From: Eledone cirrhosa
Taxonomy: Eukaryota
Reading direction: 5' to 3'
NCBI GenBank assembly: GCA_964016885.1
Contig: OZ024752.1
Coordinates: forward strand, 124,001-188,000
DNA length: 64,000 bases
This document shows positions 1 to 17,406 of the stretch, in pieces (the stretch's first letter is position 1; every line of letters begins with the position of its first letter). Under the pieces are notes generated by a model. That model saw only the letters and a program-made list of their open reading frames with translations, was not told where the DNA came from and searched no databases. A program made the position numbers and the translations under genes.

Positions 1-5192
<5,192 letters not shown>

Positions 5193-5819
5193 TTGATAAA
5201 TGAAACAAAACAAAACACAGGAAGCAATATTACACAGTTATATTAGGTTCGCGCTTGGAGGCAGTGGAGGAGGGCTCAACGTATATATATATATATATAT
5301 ACACACACACATACATATATATACACATATATACATACATATATACACACACACATATATATATATATAAAGACCATATCTACGTGTAGCTATATATATG
5401 TGCGTGTTGCGTGTATGTGTGTCATGTATACGATAGATGTTAGCTAAGTTGGTGTTGGTGTTGTTTCGCTCCAGGTTAGCCCTGATCGAGCATACCTATG
5501 ATAAAAAACATTCCGGCCAAGATCAACCCGAAGTTTGTCTATGTGTAAAATCACATACAATCATTTCTTTCTAAGACAGAAGGATGTGTGTATGCCTTAT
5601 GTGGCATTAGCTGCTATTTCTAGCAGATCCAGTGACCACCTAGGGGGTCGTTTGTTGGTTCTAGTGGGCGTTGTCATAATAATAAATATATGGGGAGACT
5701 CAAATATCACAAATTCTTTCGAGAGAAAAAATATTAGGGGAAGAAAAGAAAATAATGAACTTCAATAAATCTGTATGACAGCCAGTATAACACTCTCATT
5801 CCTGTTGACTCAGCATAAC

Positions 5820-6090
5820 TGAATAGTTACGTAGTTAGTTTCGCACTCATTGGGACCCGGGTTCAATTCCACCGCGCGAGATCTTAGGTAAATGTTATTT
5901 TATCATAGCTCTGGGTGGACCTGAGCCCTGTGAGTGAAATTGGGAAGAGGGAAATTGTTTGGAAATCCGCCGAAAGGACTACTGTACCTGTAATTCAAAG
6001 GAACAGCCTTGCCAGACATTGGAGTCACGTTAAATCTTAGGTTAAGGGTGCAGCCACATAAAGATTACTGTCGTGAGTAAACTGTTCTGT
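5820..6090 (+). mobile_element. decayed tRNA-derived SINE (family 2)
   Basis: B-box-like GGTTCAATTCC, then body GTGAGTGAAATTGGGA..GGAAATTGTTTGGAA..TAATTCAAAGG shared with 62440-62790 and 17800-17910. Confidence 0.6.
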
Positions 6091-6102
6091 TGAGCCAGGA
6101 AG

Positions 6103-6410
6103 CTCCAGAGTGAGATTAATATAGATAAGCAAAGTAGTCTATCTTGGACCAATAACCGCTATATTGGCTCCCACTTTGAAGGATATGCTTTTGCAATACA
6201 AGAACAGGAAATCAATACAAAATACTTGATTCACAAAATAGATAGGGATGCAGGCAAAACACCTAGATGTGACAACAAATGCAGACTATGTTAACATCGA
6301 AGATGTCACCCATGCCATAAGCAGCTGTCCAAAGATGTCAGCTGCTCGGCATTTGTCATAACTATTTATCGTATATTTGCCGACCATCAGGCATGATGTG
6401 GCAGGAAAGG
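6103..6410 (+). pseudogene. R4/Dong-like (RLE-type) non-LTR retrotransposon fragment with CCHC zinc knuckle
   Basis: Hand translation IDKQSSLSWTNNRYIGSHFEGYAFAIQEQEINTKYLIHKIDRDAGKTPRCDNKCRLC, frameshift, NIEDVTHAISSCPKMS..RHDVAGK; matches the EG..A.Q.Q / CxxC..H...C / RHD pattern of R4-clade proteins. Confidence 0.8.
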
Positions 6411-6524
6411 AGAGAAAATAAGTCATGGATCTTACAACCGGGATGGTTACAATTTGTACGTCTTTGATAATAGGTGATCTCGATGAAAGGTGAGCTAGGA
6501 CTATACAGCAGCAACATTGCAAGT

Positions 6525-7232
6525 ACTACCACAGACAGAAAACACCAACACCACCACTAAAACACTACCACCATCAGTACTACCACCATCAGTACTACCA
6601 GCACCACCACTACCACCACCAGTACTGCCCCCACCAGTACTACCACCACCACCACTACCACCACCATCACTAGTACTACCACCAATACAATACTCAGTGA
6701 CACTAACTATAATATGCTATCTGACACGTTTTACTTCCTGTTTATCCTCCTCTAGTATAAACCATTCTCTCACTCTCCCCCTCTCTCCTTATCTCTCTCT
6801 CTCTCACCCTCTTTCTCTCACTCCTTATCTATCTGTCTCTCTCCCCCCTCTCCTTATCTCTCTCTCCCCCTCTCTCCCTCAATCCCTATATATCTGTCTC
6901 TCTCTCCCCCTCTCTCCTTATCTCTCTCCCCCTCTTTTCCTCACTACTTATATATCTGTCTCTCTCCCCCTCTTTCCCTCTCTCCTTATCTCTCTCTCCC
7001 CCTCTCTCCCTCACTCATATATCTGTCTCTCCCCCTCTCTCCCATATCTGTCTCTCTCTCCCTCACCCTCTCTCCTTATCTCTCTCCCCCCCTCTCTCCC
7101 TCACTCCTTATCTATCTGTCCTTTTCTATCTTATTGTTTGTCCTATCTCTCTGTTCCTCTCTCTTAATCCCTCTCCCTCCCTCTCTCAATCTCTCTCTCT
7201 CCCCCTCTCAGTCACTCTCCCTCTATCTCTCT
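6525..7232. repeat. (ACC/ACT)n followed by CT-rich low-complexity tract
   Basis: Direct inspection; explains the Pro/Leu/Ser-rich ORF 6517-7167. Confidence 0.9.
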
Positions 7233-7436
7233 GTAAGATTAGACATGTGCCTCTGAAACTGGGTAATGACTGTCAGAGTCATTAAGAGCTAATCTAAACA
7301 CACACACACACACACACACACACGTAATTATAAACATACATACATATCTAATATAAATGTGTGTACATTTATGTCTATATGCATCTATCTATATATTGCG
7401 CTATCTATCTATTTAACTCTCTCTCTCTCTCTCACT

Positions 7437-7471
<35 letters not shown>

Positions 7472-7476
<5 letters not shown>

Positions 7477-7678
7477 AAAAAGTATGACCCCGACGGCAGA
7501 GCTCAAGCCGTTTCGACGGCTATTTCTGGACTAGAGAAAGATAGTCCAGAAATAGCCGTCGAAACGGCTTGAGCTCTGCCGTCGGGGTCATACTTTTTCC
7601 TATTTCCCACTCTACTACCCTAAGTATTGAGTACTCTGGTGCGTTATGGTCCATCTGGTTCCTTACCACAATTCCTTT
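7472..7678 (+). mobile_element. fold-back element family A (3' half of HHR plus tail) in (TA)n
   Basis: ~62-bp perfect inverted arms, 8-nt spacer; sense arm GCCGTC-GAAA-CGGC ttgagctct GCCG-TC-GGGGTC; ~75-nt tail; flanked by (TA)n. Confidence 0.85.
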
Positions 7679-8074
7679 ATATATATATATATATATAACC
7701 TAATACCTAACACCTTTCGTAACTGTACTCCTTGTTATTTACTTTTCCAATATATATATATATATATAGATAGATAGATAGATATCTGTCTGTTTATCTA
7801 TATATCTATCTGCCTATCTGTTTCTCTGACAATCTGTAGTGTCCCCCACCTCCAAGTCTTTCTACCCTATTTTCCAGCCCTAATTCTACAAACCCTTTTG
7901 TTCCTCTTCCTGCTTGACCCTATTACGACGTACTAAAGTAAATATCTTTAGTCATATATGTAAACTGAGATACCAAGAATGTGTTGTGACGTAGAACCCC
8001 CATTGTTTACGACGAAGAGTGATCCAGTTAAGTATTAGACAATCGAGTGTCAAACGAATATACATATATGAGTA

Positions 8075-8259
8075 CTGGGTTCAATCGGAGTAACCACTGT
8101 TAGTAAGGTACTCAATACATTAGTAGAGTGTAAAAATTCATGTTTAATATAGAAATGGCTTCTACAGGACTAGAACTGTTACATTCAACAGAAATCATGA
8201 TGATTTCTTTTCAATAAAATAGTTCTAGTCTCGTAGAAGCCATTTCTGTATTAAACATG

Positions 8260-8260
<1 letters not shown>
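8075..8260 (-). mobile_element. fold-back element family B (decayed HHR)
   Basis: Inverted arms CATGTTTAATATAGAAATGGCTTCTAC..GAAATCAT/ATGATTTC..; homologous to 22703-22894 and 51083-51259. Confidence 0.8.
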
Positions 8261-8326
<66 letters not shown>

Positions 8327-8328
8327 TG

Positions 8329-8376
<48 letters not shown>

Positions 8377-8432
8377 GTGAGGTTTTTTTTTACAAAATTA
8401 AAAATAACCGAGGTGTCCTACACGAATGAAAG

Positions 8433-8661
8433 TATAAGGAAAAAAGATGAAATCGAAAATGCAGCTAGAGTCTTTTTTTAAAAATATATATATATTTATT
8501 TGGTTCCTTTACCGGTTTCGCAGATGTGAGATAAACCACAAACCCTCCATCTCAACTCTACTTTTGAAAAGCGAAACCGGTAAAGGAACCAAATAAATAT
8601 ATATATTTAAAAAAAAAAAAAGACTCCAGTTGCATTTTCGATTTCATCTTTTTTCCTTATA
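8433..8661 (+). mobile_element. fold-back element with HHR 3' half (GAAA-CCGG-TA) and AATAAA
   Basis: ~89-bp arms 8433-8521/8571-8661; GCGAAACCGGTAAAGGAACCAAATAAA; second partial copy at ~50900-51022 (minus). Confidence 0.7.
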
Positions 8662-9468
8662 TATATATATATATATCATGTTTAACAATAACATCGAGGA
8701 GTTGGGTACATGAGGTGTGTATTTACCAAAAAACTGGTATAGTACTTACTGAATAACTATAATGTGTGCACTCTGAACTTTAGGATGCAGTTTCACAACC
8801 ACAAGCTTATTGTCTCATTGAGTGAGTTGGTCATGGTCGGAAATCGCTGAAATAACTGTGTATGGTCCTAAGGAAAATCCTAAGGAATACAAATAGTAGA
8901 GTACTTCACATCTGTTTACGGAAAAAGTCGGCAGATTTTTGATCAACCACTTTCATCAACTGAATATATATGTTCCATTGTCCTTTTCCCTCGGTTACTC
9001 ACTTGCAAGTTCCATTGTCCTCTGTCCCGCCACCATTTGGTCTGTTTAGCTGTTTTTTCTCTTTATTCCTCTCTCCTCACTACTTTCCCCCCTTTTTTTC
9101 TTCTTTTTTCTTTTCTTTTGATCGATAAAAAGCCTTGGGCGCGCCGCTAGTCGTTTTTAGATGTCCTCTGTTAAGCGCCGAAATATCTTGATCTCGGTTT
9201 TACAGCTGATGAAGGATTTCTTTTCTTCTCTTGTTTCGTCCATACTACCATCTTAAACTTTGTTTACAGTAACCACACAGCTCCTTTCGTTATATATATA
9301 TACACAGTATATATATATATATATATAATGGTGGAACACTGGAAGGTAATATCCGTAGGGGTAGAGCACTCAGTCCAAGGGACGCAGTCTAGTATTGCCT
9401 GTATGAAGTGACCGGGTTTCTGCGCATGCACGTTCGTACGGTTGTCCTTCCTGTTCCTATAGTCATGC

Positions 9469-9518
9469 CCATTCCGAGCTGAGGATCCGCTAAGGTGAAA
9501 CAATTGTTCTCGGTATGG
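9469..9518 (+). ncRNA. type I hammerhead ribozyme, intact core
   Basis: Helix I CCATtCCGAG/CTCGGtATGG; CTGAGGA 9479-85; short helix II (U.U, CC/GG); GAAA 9497-9500; palindromic helix III ACAATTGT; GUU site. Confidence 0.8.
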
Positions 9519-9625
9519 TGAACTAACTGTTGTGTAACCACTTATATATATATAAATGAAGTATTTCCGTAGAAAAGGTAGAGGAAGAAAGTATGCTCTA
9601 TGTATAATACAGAGCTATTTAATTA

Positions 9626-9747
9626 TGTAATAAACAACACAATACAATTATCCTTTCTGACGAACGACTTCGGACACCTCTGTTGAGGTCGCCTGTCTTC
9701 GTGACACCTTTGGTAAATGGAATAATTGTATTGTGTTGTTTATTACA
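9626..9747 (+). ncRNA. hammerhead ribozyme with one core mutation (GAAA>GACA) inside ~30-bp inverted arms
   Basis: CTGACGA 9657-63; helix II ACGA/TCGT with inner ACCTC/GAGGT hairpin; GACA 9703-06; helix III ACC ttt GGT; GUA; long helix I. Confidence 0.65.
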
Positions 9748-10076
9748 CACACACATACTCTTAGCTTCGTACGGACCTATAATAACACACACACACAGAC
9801 AAACACAGACACACCCACACACACACATACACTCACACAAACATGCTTACGCACGTGCTCAAGTAGAGCTCTTTTTACAAAACGTTTTTTTTTTCCATTT
9901 CAGGTAGACGCGCTCCATCATCCACTTTTCTAAAAAACAAATCATACACAAAACGCCGGCACCAACAGTTTTGCAAGAGATGTCAGCATGAATGGATCTG
10001 TTTTTTTTTTTATCTAAAGACATTTTTTCCAATTCAAACCCGCCCGTCCCCTCAATCTATTTTATTTCTCATTCTT

Positions 10077-10112
10077 TCTTCTGATGAAGGAATAGCGTCC
10101 GAAACGTTAAGA
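10077..10112 (+). ncRNA. minimal hammerhead ribozyme (PLE-type, family G)
   Basis: TCTT-CTGATGA-a-GGA atagcg TCC-GAAA-C-GTT-AAGA; loopless palindromic helix III (AACGTT); ~90-nt tail then (TA)n. Confidence 0.7.
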
Positions 10113-10193
10113 CCCTCTTCCTGCTATATCAAACATTAACCTAATATATACCTTCCATATACTGTACCGATTGTGCTGTTATTTCTGTTTACC

Positions 10194-10235
<42 letters not shown>

Positions 10236-10481
10236 CCCTGGTCTAGTTAGAGCTTATGGTTCGAATTCAGTTTGGGAATTTCCCGTCACCTCATTTCCTT
10301 ACAAATGTCAGTTTGACCGATCTACACTAAAGGAGGTCAGAGGTTAATACTAGCCTGACTGAAGCTTCTATACTTTATTAGCACTCTGAGGCAGGCTTTG
10401 CTCGACACACGTTCAAACCATATCTCATTGAGTGAGTAATGGTGAGCAAACAGGTTTATAGCGAATACTCACTATAACATC

Positions 10482-10573
<92 letters not shown>

Positions 10574-11759
10574 TTACTTACTTACATACATACATACACA
10601 CATATGTGTGTGTGTATGGTTTATCACTTATATTTTGTGCACTACCCACTGTTACAGAACTGTCATGCATGGGTGAAGAGAGGCTTTACAAATGAACAAT
10701 AACTCTAACAGAGTTATCTGGGGAAAGCTGCATAACAAACTCCATAGCAGTAAAACTAGGTCAATTTGTCTTTCGCATTTGTTACCATATGTTACATATC
10801 TTCGTCTTTGTTTTCATTGTTGTTTTCTGATACGCAGATCTGACAACTAGGCCCTCTGATATATACTCTGTTAGTTGGACGTCTTGATCAGTCGTCTTCC
10901 ATCATTTTCTACGATACAAACCACAAATTATTAATGAGAAGACTTATAAAGAACCCTTAACCTTCATAATATATATTAATAAAATGAATATTCTTTTTCT
11001 TTTTCCCGTAATACCTAGGAAGTTATAGGGGCGTCGTATGACATACAGCATTTCTTAGGCATTTTAAAACCAGGTCTGGACACAGATTTCTTCCAATGTG
11101 CTGACAAAGAAGAAGAACACTCTGGCGTAGACAAGGTAAGAAGGGAGAATAGCAGAAAACAGACCGAGTGGTGTGATGTCTATTATATGATAACCTAAAA
11201 AATAAAAAGCCTCCATGTCTAAATCTTTAGAAGATGAATTCAAAATAGTGGGTACATAGGACAAAGACTATGGAAAAAACAACGGAAAGACGGACGATCC
11301 CATCTCCTCTGTCAACCTCTGGAAATCACTTCGATGCATTAAGGATGGTACTACTCATTCCAGTGCATATTGGGACATAACAAAACGGGTAGAAACAAAG
11401 CTTCCTTTGTCGACACCGAAAAGATGAAAGGCGAACTGGACCTCGACGGGATTTAAACTCAGAACGCAGACACTAATAAAATATACCCAACGTTCTAAGG
11501 ATTCTAACGATTCTGCTAAAGTGACCGCATTAACAGGACTGTAGTAGGGTTAACATTTTTTTCCTTTTGATGCTACTTTGCTTTTGCTGCTATTTTTAAC
11601 ATGGAGGTTCTCTCGTTGTTCTGGTAGTGGTCACACAGGAGGTAGGCTATGTAAACTTGATTATAACATACCAGCTCTTGCTCCCCTGCCTCTACCATTG
11701 CTGGTGTACAACCCAGCACAATATTAGAGATTACTGTATTAGACGGTGTCCTGCTATCT

Positions 11760-12048
11760 CTATAGTCTAAAGTCTGTCTCAAGCCAGGAGGCTCTTCAGG
11801 CCGGTCCATATCCCGGCTTTGTGGCGTGAAGAAACTGAGAGTACAAGGCTCCCTCCCCCCTGGACAGGATGACAGTCTATCGCGGGGTTAACCCCTCAGT
11901 ACTAATTTTCAGTTGAGTATACTGGAGCAACGTAAAATGAAGTGTCTTGCTCAAGAAGACAACACACAACCCAGCCCAGGAATCGAACCCACGGCATTAT
12001 GATCGAAGGTCCAACACCCTTACCACTAGGTCACTTGCCTCCACACTA
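11760..12048 (-). mobile_element. tRNA-derived SINE family 2, near full length
   Basis: On minus: A box, B box GGTTCGATTCC, CTTGAGCAAGACACTT box, GATAGACTGTCATCCTGTCCAGGG; candidate TSD GTCCT(G/A)CTATCT at 11748-59 and 12049-60; homolog 38606-38878. Confidence 0.8.
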
Positions 12049-12346
12049 GTCCTACTATCTAAAAGGTTTTAATATGTTATGGCACTCAGCCATCCGAATA
12101 TTTACTATATCAATGAATTAATGAGTACTGCTTTACTTGGAGTGCAACATTTTGATGATTAATGCATTATGAAGAAGAGAAATATCAATAGAAACTGTTC
12201 CAGTGTGGTGAACATGATTGATATTCTGGTTGAAATTCACTACGGTAGGGGCTACGCATATATAATATAGAGAACTGAAAAACTTCGATTGACCGAAATT
12301 ATCTCTGTAATTAGCTGTTAAAACTTACTTCAAAGGGTGTTTACAA

Positions 12347-13100
12347 TCTAAAAACAACAAGCATGGGAGATAACTCCAGTATAATCAGCTAACCGAAACT
12401 TTTGAGAAATGAAGGCGGTATGTTTAGTAGTTGATCTTGACTTTGGAGTCAACTATCTGTTAAAGTCTAAAAACAACAAGTAAGGGAGATAACTCGAATA
12501 TACTCAGCTAACCGAAATGTTTGAGACTTTGATGGCGGTATGTTTAGTAGTTGATCATGTTTTTGGAGTCAGCTGGCTGTTAAAGTCTAAAAACAACAAG
12601 TAAGAGAGATATCTCCAATATAAGTTGACCGAATTTTTTTTTAATGAATTTGATATATTTGGAGTCGAATTTGTCTTTGAAATCAACTGGTGAAGTCAGG
12701 TCTTATTAATTCTTCTCAGTGAAGCATACTCTAACTAGTTGACGAGACAAAGACTAATAAATGTATGTAGAATAGAAAGAAAGGAGTAACACTGATTATG
12801 ACTAATAACTATATGGAAAGTATCTCTATGGTGTGTTTTCTATACTAAATACACATATAGTAAGGTCTCATATATTTAATATAGTGATTAAAGAATCTAT
12901 TAAATGAGACTATTTAGTAAACAAGAGATACCTCAAGGGTTGTTTAAATCTAAATACAAGTAAGGGATATAACAATATAATTAACTAATTCAACTTTTTT
13001 GAAAATAGATACGACGTGTTTAGGAACGGATGTTGTTTTTAGAGTCAACTGGTGAAAGCATTATATTTCGGTCTTATTAAACCTTGTCAGTGAAACATAA
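12347..13100. repeat. ~120-bp tandem repeat (about 3 units plus a detached diverged unit)
   Basis: TCTAAAAACAACAAG recurs near 12347, 12466, 12586; related unit near 12949. Confidence 0.85.
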
Positions 13101-14114
13101 TCTACTTAATTAGCACCCCCTCCTGCGCATATATACGTATACATGCTCACACGTGATTTCTAGAGGCACAGAGCTACAGCTGTTGGAGGAGGGCAATACT
13201 CCATCTTTAATAACACCAGATGATTGATAGACTAAGTGGACTTTAGTGGAATTTGAACTAAGTAGGTAAAGTCCTATAAATTCCTTTCTTCCTTCCTTTC
13301 TTCCTTCCTTTCTTCCTTTCTTTCTTCCTTCCTTCCTTCCCTTTTCTTTTCTTTTCTTTTCTTTTCCAAGGCTGATAACTCCTTACCGGCGCGACTCAAG
13401 TAAGGCAATTATTTAACCCATAATGGGGCCCTAACAGTATTACTGCTCCGGGCCAGAGAAGACATAGGAGTGATATCAACTAAGGGAGGGGTAACTCCAC
13501 ATTCCCCACAGCTCCTGAACTCCCGAACTGGAGCCTTGCCACTGGATGCAGTTTAATGTCAAACCCATTTATAAATAAATACCGCAATGCATTTCCTTTG
13601 ACGCTTTAACGATTCTGTCAAATGACTGCCGTTCATTGTCGATTTCAGCATACGTAAATGCACCGAAAATGCCAAGAGATGCATCTAAATAACTATTTAG
13701 ACCGGCACGCCATTATTTCTGACAACACCACACCGCCATTTTCTTTTTACTGTTATAATAATGATAACAACACTATGACTAAATTACTGCCATGCCTTCT
13801 TTAATATTGTACAACGCTGACAACACAAATCGAAATGGATGATTGATTATGCTTGTTCATTAAACTTGCAACAATAGAAGGTTACCATTTATCGATTAGA
13901 TCTCTCACCAGTTTACCAAGACAATTAACTCACATTCTCCATACTTGTGTCTCATTAACTTTTATCTTCTTCTTCCTCCTTTACATCATATTCTTTTCTC
14001 TCCTCCTCTCCTCCTCTCCTTTCTCCCCCCTCAACCCGCCATGCTTCCTTCCTGTCCCATATTTTTTTTGTTTTTTGCTACTATGTTTTTTTCTTCAAGT
14101 TTTTTTTTTATTCA

Positions 14115-14159
<45 letters not shown>

Positions 14160-14409
14160 GTATGTGTTGTGTGTATTGTGTGTGTTGTGTGTGTGTATTT
14201 TGTTTGAAATAAATTGTTATAGACGATTAATCTCACTCGTTATATTCGTGTTGTATGTTAAATGTGCCGACTAAAAGCAAGGGAACAAAACGACTGTAAT
14301 TTACACAATACGAATATCAATCAATGTGTGTGTGTGTATGTATGTGTGTGTTTGAGTATATGTGTATGTGTAAGTGTGTGTTTGAGTACGTGTGTGTAAG
14401 TGTGTTTGA

Positions 14410-14496
<87 letters not shown>

Positions 14497-14620
14497 GTTT
14501 GGCTACCCGTAAGTGCAAGTTACGTGAGATGAAATGGCTATTCCAGTTCGTCTCCCTCGCCATCCTCCTGACCGCCGGGACCACAAAACGGACTGAGCCT
14601 TAAACAGTGAGAAGTAAATA

Positions 14621-14672
<52 letters not shown>

Positions 14673-14794
14673 ACATACATACATACATACATACAGACGT
14701 ACACAGATCTTCAAATGTCAGTTGTTTTTAGAGTTGTAACCAGTTTATTTCAAGTTCAGTTCCACTGGATGTTACCAGGAGGAAGGGCCTTAAA

Positions 14795-15345
14795 CCGCTG
14801 GTCCCCAACCTTTTTGCGCTACGGACCAGTGTCATAGAAGACACTTACTCCACGGACCAAGGAGGGGGCGGTCGGTATCGGACACGCTCATAACAAAACA
14901 CAATAAACAATAAAGTGCATAACTATAATGTTATTAATATTGCCATGCTTTGCAGAGTTACGGCCCTTTATGGTGTGAGTTCAAATCCCGTCGCGGTTAA
15001 CTTTGACTTTAATCCTTACAGGGTCGATAAAATAAAATACCAGTAATGCACTGGGATAATTGCTGGCTTTGTGCCAAAAGTAGAAACAATTATTAATTTA
15101 ATTATTACATTTATACTGTAAATGTCACTCCACATAATACAGAATCAGTAGGAGGTCTCAGCTTGTTTGCCTGCAAGAAAACGATCCTACCTTTTCCTCC
15201 TTCAAAAGAAGCTTTCCAGGAAGGTTTGTTTTCTACTCATCTTTGCTAGGGTTGACTTGGGTGCATGGAAAAAAAAATTGCGTCTGGGACAATCGTCGAA
15301 AAGAGGCACAAACGGAAGTGGTCATTTTTCAAAATAAAATATCCA
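14795..15345. mobile_element. internally deleted hAT/Charlie (MER1/Charlie3-like) remnant, interrupted by a SINE
   Basis: End GGTCCCCAACCTTTTTG..GAAGACA..TCCACGGAC; AGAATCAGTAGGAGGTCTCAGCTTGTTTGCCTGCAA; minus-strand ATG at 15240 reads MSRKQTFLESFF. Family assignment from recalled consensus. Confidence 0.65.
14940..15097 (+). mobile_element. SINE family 1 (tRNA head plus Meta-domain-like core), 5' truncated
   Basis: GAGTTCAAATCCC B box, TCCTTACAGGGTCGATAAAATAAAATACCAGT core, tail TTGTGCCAAAAGTAGAAACAATTATT. Confidence 0.85.
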
Positions 15346-15462
15346 GTTGACATCCACAATCAATAAAATGTATGTGTGTGTGTGTGTGTATATGTATATA
15401 TATATATATATACACACACACAGAATATATATATATATGTATTCTGTCATTACTACAACAGA

Positions 15463-15556
15463 GGTGCGACGAGCTTTTGATTTCAGAGTCGGGCCAGAGA
15501 GATAGAAATCGAACCTTGACTTGATCAATAGCGAAACGCGCGTCACCAACAATAAA
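15463..15556 (+). ncRNA. decayed hammerhead ribozyme followed by AATAAA
   Basis: GGT-gcGACGA-GCTTTTGAT..ATCAATAGC-GAAA-CGCGCG-TC-ACC; helix II 8/9 pairs; palindromic helix III ACGCGCGT; two core substitutions. Confidence 0.6.
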
Positions 15557-15584
15557 CGTAATGAAGGCTTAACCAATCGCCTTG

Positions 15585-15662
<78 letters not shown>

Positions 15663-15688
15663 ATGTATATATATATATATATATATAT

Positions 15689-15875
15689 ATAGGAAAAAGT
15701 ATGACCCCGACGGCAGAGCTCAAACCGTTTCGACGGCTAGTCCAGAAATAGACGTCGAAACGGCTTGAGCTCTGCCGTCGGGGTCATACTTTTTCCTATT
15801 TCCCACTCTACTACCCTTAGTATTGTGTACTCTGGTGCGTTATGGTCCATCTGGTTCCTTACCACAATTCCTTTG

Positions 15876-15877
<2 letters not shown>
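15689..15877 (+). mobile_element. fold-back element family A
   Basis: Arms meet at GACGGCTA gtccagaaa TAGaCGTC; same tail; flanked by (TA)n; diverged fragment at 15977-16029. Confidence 0.85.
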
Positions 15878-15928
<51 letters not shown>

Positions 15929-15938
15929 AATTCCTTTG

Positions 15939-15978
<40 letters not shown>

Positions 15979-16026
15979 AACTAGCTATTGAAACGGCAAG
16001 AGCTCAGCTGTCGGGATCCCCACTCT

Positions 16027-16074
<48 letters not shown>

Positions 16075-16316
16075 TGTGTGTGTGTGCGTATGCCTGCATT
16101 TGTCACGTCTATACAGCTTAAGAACTGGTATTGTTTGTTTATGTCCTGTAAAATAGCAGTTTAACAAAAACAGATAGATGAACGTGTTACATTTTAAAGT
16201 AATGTGCATTAGGCCCAATATGATTGGTTAAAGTGGTCTAAACAGAAGCAGACTCGAATTAACTCTTTTCGCCTATTCATAGAAAATACCAACGCCCTTT
16301 CATGGAAAATAGAACG

Positions 16317-16615
16317 GGTCTCCGTCCGCTCTGACGATGAGTGTTCCAGTTGTTGACCAACGGAACAGCCTGCTTGTGAAATTAATATGCAAGTGACTGA
16401 TCATTCCATAGACACATGTACCATTAATGTAATTCTCAAGGAGATTCAGCGCCACACAGTGCGTGACATATGTGGTCCTTTGAATTACCGTTAGAACTCG
16501 TTTTTTCCCAGCTGAATGGATTGCAGTAACGGAACATAAAGCGCAATCCCGGGAATCGAACTCACAAATTTACGGTCATAGACTGAGTACTGTGACCTCA
16601 ACACCGTAAGCGCCT
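16317..16615 (-). mobile_element. SINE family 2-related copy
   Basis: GAGTGTTCCAGTT..GTGAAATTAA..CAAGTG.CTGA.CATTCCA.AGACACATG block shared with 49130-49440, 61500-61712 and (opposite strand) 18190-18320, 62640-62790; GGAATCGAAC reverse B box. Confidence 0.65.
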
Positions 16616-17406
16616 CAGATATTGTAATATACTATTTGTGTATATTTTACTGACACAGGATTACTACTGACAGGTAAAATAATTTCTGTTTTGTTCTGTT
16701 TTTCCAAACGTGGTAAAATATATACATATATTGAATAGTAGTTGAAAATTTGAAAAATGATTGTGCCTCATTTGCATATTTGAGATTTGAATATATAATT
16801 AGATAATTTACATTCTAAATTATCGTTGAATATTCATTGTAAAAGTAACCAGCATAGTTTGACCCGTGTGCTACATGCAGAATAGGAGATTCTTTATTTA
16901 TTACAATTGTTTTCAACACGCTGACACATATGTGTATATGAGTGTGTGTGTGTGTGTGTATGTGAATATGCATACATTTATATGCATGAGTATATAAATA
17001 TAAACGCGCAAACACAGACACACTTACAAAAATACACACTGACAGACATACATTCACACACATACACATACATTCACACAGACAAACATATACATTCTCA
17101 CACAAATACATTTACACAAACACACAGCGTAGCAAATAGAACGCTAGCTGCTGTTTTGCTATAGTTTTTTTCACCATCCCCTTCCTCCCTTTTACACACA
17201 CATACATTCACACAAACACGCACATACACATTGTGTGACGGACGGAAGTCGCTCAAATTTATGCCCTCAGTTCTCAAATTTATATATAGATGCATTTTAA
17301 TTAGCTGAACATTTTGATGGATGCATCAGTGTCGAATACTCAGGAGATTCTCTTGACAATCACGGAGTTCTGGGTTCGATTCCACTATGTAGCATCTTGG
17401 GCAAGT

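Noticed and set aside
9206-9245. CTGATGAAGGA core
   Set aside because: No GAAA or helix III downstream; at most a truncated 5' half
9884-9933. Strong acceptor-like T-tract CAG followed by VDALHHPLF*
   Set aside because: No partner exon, and it lies between HHR elements; insufficient for an exon call
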